This document shows, one piece after another, positions 61,735 to 64,000 of a DNA stretch of 64,000 nucleotides. The stretch spans positions 83,545-147,544 of the forward strand of contig JAQUPL010000001.1 of the NCBI GenBank assembly GCA_028716565.1, read 5' to 3'. The position numbers and the translations under genes were made by a program. The notes under the pieces are model-generated. The model did not search any database. It saw only the letters and a list, made by a program, of their open reading frames with translations, and was not told the origin of the DNA. This DNA comes from Candidatus Omnitrophota bacterium. GTDB taxonomy: Bacteria > Omnitrophota > Gorgyraeia > Pluralincolimonadales > Pluralincolimonadaceae. Within the stretch, counting starts at the first letter, position 1. Each line of letters starts with the position of its first letter.

Positions 61735-62695
61735 GTTATCCATCCTCCTCAGGGCGTCCGTAAGCCTGGTCCTGGTCGGTGTCCTGGTCTGGGTCTTCAG
61801 GAAAGATATACCCGGCATAGCGGCAGTTTTAAAGAGCGTGAACCCTTATTATTACCTGGCGGCGGTATTATTCAATATAGCCGCCGTGGTGGTGGTCTCG
61901 GAAAGGCTTCGCATAATCCTCGGCGTGCAAAAGCTCAAACTCAGCCTGGGAGAGGCGGTATATCTTAGTTTTATAGGGAACTTTTTCAACAATTTCCTTC
62001 CCACGTCGATAGGCGGGGACCTCGTCAAGGCCTATTACGCCACAAAGAAGAGCGATAGGAAGCTCGAATCTTTTTCCGCAGTCTTCTTCGACAGGTTCTT
62101 CGGCTTCTTGTCGATCGGGCTGCTGGCTTTTCTCGGCGTCCTGCTCATGAACGGACGCATCAAGGACCCCCAGGTATTCTGGGGCTGCCTGGTCTTTTCA
62201 GTGGTCGTGCTGGTGACGTTCGTCCTGTTCCTCAACAAGACTATAACCAAGGCCATATTCTCGAGGCTGCTGCATCTTCCCGCCTTCCAGAAAGATTCGA
62301 AATTGCGCAAATTATACAACGCCCTCAATGCCTATAAGGAGCATAAGTTCATAATCGCGAAAGTCATCCTGATATCCCTGGCGGCGCAAGTCCTCTCCGT
62401 GGTATTATTATATTGCATAGTCAGGGGAATCTCCCAGGACATAGCCTTCCTTAACCTTCTATTGGTGATGCCGCTCGTTTCGGTCGCCTCGATGATACCT
62501 TCGATAAACGGTCTGGGGGTAAGGGAAGGCGCCTTTGTCATCTTTTTGGGCGAGTTCATAAGCAAGGAGAGCGCGGCGGCGGTTTCAATATTGTTTTTAG
62601 GGATCATTCTGATAACGAGTTTTATAGGAGGGGTACTCTACCTTTTTTCAGGGAAGCTTTATAAAGTACCGATAAAGATAAAGGAGTTTGTTTGA
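61721..62695 (+). CDS. flippase-like / UPF0104 (lysylphosphatidylglycerol synthase TM-region-like) membrane protein
   Basis: 324 aa, about 8 TM helices. FLPTSIGGDLVKAYY motif. Confidence 0.65.
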   Translation: MMKNKLSILLRASVSLVLVGVLVWVFRKDIPGIAAVLKSVNPYYYLAAVLFNIAAVVVVSERLRIILGVQKLKLSLGEAVYLSFIGNFFNNFLPTSIGGDLVKAYYATKKSDRKLESFSAVFFDRFFGFLSIGLLAFLGVLLMNGRIKDPQVFWGCLVFSVVVLVTFVLFLNKTITKAIFSRLLHLPAFQKDSKLRKLYNALNAYKEHKFIIAKVILISLAAQVLSVVLLYCIVRGISQDIAFLNLLLVMPLVSVASMIPSINGLGVREGAFVIFLGEFISKESAAAVSILFLGIILITSFIGGVLYLFSGKLYKVPIKIKEFV

Positions 62696-62859
62696 TGGAC
62701 GAAAAACTTATTAAGATCCTCGCGTGCCCTAAGTGTAAGTCCGGCGTGGAATTCATGAATGATAAGATAATTTGCAAAAATCCCGAATGTGGGTTAAAAT
62801 ATCCTGTGAAAGACGGGATCCCTGTGATGCTGATCGAGGAGGCCGAAAAGCAAAGATGA
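62695..62859 (+). CDS. Trm112-family (UPF0434) small zinc-ribbon protein
   Basis: 54 aa, [16 protein letters not shown]...[26 protein letters not shown]. Missed by the ORF track (under 60 aa). Confidence 0.7.
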   Translation: MDEKLIKILACPKCKSGVEFMNDKIICKNPECGLKYPVKDGIPVMLIEEAEKQR

Positions 62860-63299
62860 AGAAAATACTCGTAATACATGGTCCTAACCTTGACCTGCTC
62901 GGACAACGCGAGCCCGGAGTATACGGGAAGGTCACGCTCAAGCAGATAGACGCGGAATTGCGGAAGATCGCGAAAGCCGAAAAGATTGCCCTCGAGGCGT
63001 TCCAGTCCAACCACGAAGGCGAGATAGTAGAGAAGATAGGGAAGGCGAAGGGTAAATTCGACTGCATACTCATAAATCCCGCCGCTTACACCCATACCTC
63101 GGTCGCGATAAGGGACGCGATCTCCGCGGTCTCGATACCTGTGGTGGAAGTCCACCTTTCGAACATCTACGCCCGGGAAGAGTTCCGGCATACCTCGCTT
63201 ATATCCCCAGTCGCCGTAGGCCAGGTCAGCGGTTTCGGCCTCGACAGCTACAGGCTCGGCCTTAAAGCCGCGATAGAGATAGCCAAAAAAAAGAAATAG
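62856..63299 (+). CDS. aroQ: type II 3-dehydroquinate dehydratase
   Basis: [37 protein letters not shown] motifs. The ORF-track start at 62772 is rejected. Confidence 0.9.
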   Translation: MKKILVIHGPNLDLLGQREPGVYGKVTLKQIDAELRKIAKAEKIALEAFQSNHEGEIVEKIGKAKGKFDCILINPAAYTHTSVAIRDAISAVSIPVVEVHLSNIYAREEFRHTSLISPVAVGQVSGFGLDSYRLGLKAAIEIAKKKK

Positions 63300-63311
63300 C
63301 AAGGACTCGAC

Positions 63312-64000
63312 TTGACCCCATATCATAAGCGCCAAAAAAAGTTGTCCGCCATTTTGCGCCGACAGGGCATAGACTCGTTTTTTGTCAGCAAGCCGGAGAA
63401 TGTCCGCTACATGAGCGGATACGGCGGCGACGATGCCTACCTTTTATTCGCAAAGTCCAAAAAGTACTTCATTACCGATTCGCGATACTATTTGCAGGCA
63501 AAAAAGGACGTGAAAAGTTTTAAGATAATCATCGCTAAAGTGCCGGTCTCCCGGCTCCTGGCGGAGATCTTGGCAAAGTCAAAGGCCGGGAAGACGGCTT
63601 TTGAAGCGGGGCAACTGCCTTATGCGGCCTATAAACGTATAGCCGGGAAACTGGCGGAGAAGGGTATAAGATTCCTGCCGCTCGAAGGCGCGGTAGAGGG
63701 ATTAAGGCAGGTGAAAGACGCGCCGGAGATAGCCCTTATCAGGGATTCGATAGCCATACTTGAGAACGCGGTCCTGTATTTCGAGTCTATCCTGAAGCCG
63801 GGCCTAAGCGAGAATGACCTCGCTTCCAAGACAGAGTATTTCATCAGGGCCGCTAGCGGGGAATGGGCCTCTTTTGAGATAATAGTCGCCTCGGGCAAGA
63901 ACAGCGCGTTCCCCCACGCCAGGCCGGGCGACCGTATAATAAAGCCTAACGATATGGTTTTATTGGACTTAGGTGTGAGCTACGAAGGCTACAAATCCGA
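63312..64000 (+). CDS. Xaa-Pro aminopeptidase (M24B) family protein, 3' partial
   Basis: TTG start after AAGGA. N-terminal creatinase/prolidase domain, then DAPEIALIRDSIAILE. Runs off the window end. Confidence 0.65.
   Translation, partial: MTPYHKRQKKLSAILRRQGIDSFFVSKPENVRYMSGYGGDDAYLLFAKSKKYFITDSRYYLQAKKDVKSFKIIIAKVPVSRLLAEILAKSKAGKTAFEAGQLPYAAYKRIAGKLAEKGIRFLPLEGAVEGLRQVKDAPEIALIRDSIAILENAVLYFESILKPGLSENDLASKTEYFIRAASGEWASFEIIVASGKNSAFPHARPGDRIIKPNDMVLLDLGVSYEGYKS

Noticed and set aside
1-64000. CRISPR arrays, defence systems, integrases/transposases, toxin-antitoxin pairs
   Set aside because: No direct-repeat/spacer arrays and no nuclease, integrase or transposase homologues are visible. 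The only repeats are the tuf duplication, the tRNA-spacer hairpin elements and the 21-bp IR pair.

Overview
This 64-kb window is the core transcription/translation locus of a bacterium with about 55% GC and codon usage rich in ATA and AGG/AGA, and it carries no recognisable defence, CRISPR or transposase system. All 90-odd supportable genes lie on the + strand. The order is: pdxJ-acpS-nnrD; tRNA-Thr(UGU), tRNA-Tyr(GUA) and tRNA-Gly(UCC), each preceded by a double-hairpin element; a roughly 4-kb insert of three envelope genes (UPF0016 half-transporter, a DUF4140/DUF4139-like secreted protein, a 683-aa anchored secreted protein); then a sigma70-like promoter, tRNA-Thr(GGU) and one almost gap-free super-operon tuf-rpmG-tRNATrp-secE-nusG-rplKAJL-rpoBC-rpsLG-fusA-tuf-S10-spc-alpha through rplQ, with two nucleotide-identical tuf copies. 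Housekeeping genes follow: aspC-like, an icd/leuB-family dehydrogenase, lpdA-lipA plus a free-standing lipoyl-domain protein, a dapL-like aminotransferase, and a GT28/LpxL-like/GT2 glycolipid module ending in pcm. After pcm comes an AT-rich, inverted-repeat-flanked promoter island, a Skp-like gene, a cobalamin riboswitch driving cobU-cobT-cobS-btuFCD, and a second variant cobalamin riboswitch driving btuB-tonB. The window ends with rpsU, a double M16 peptidase coupled to a MEMO1-like protein, DUF1844, rmuC, a flippase-like protein, trm112, aroQ and a partial pepP-like gene. The best candidates for something new are the glyT-thrT envelope insert, the inverted-repeat-flanked promoter island, the free-standing lipoyl carrier beside lpdA/lipA, and Cys4 variants in EF-Tu and L24.
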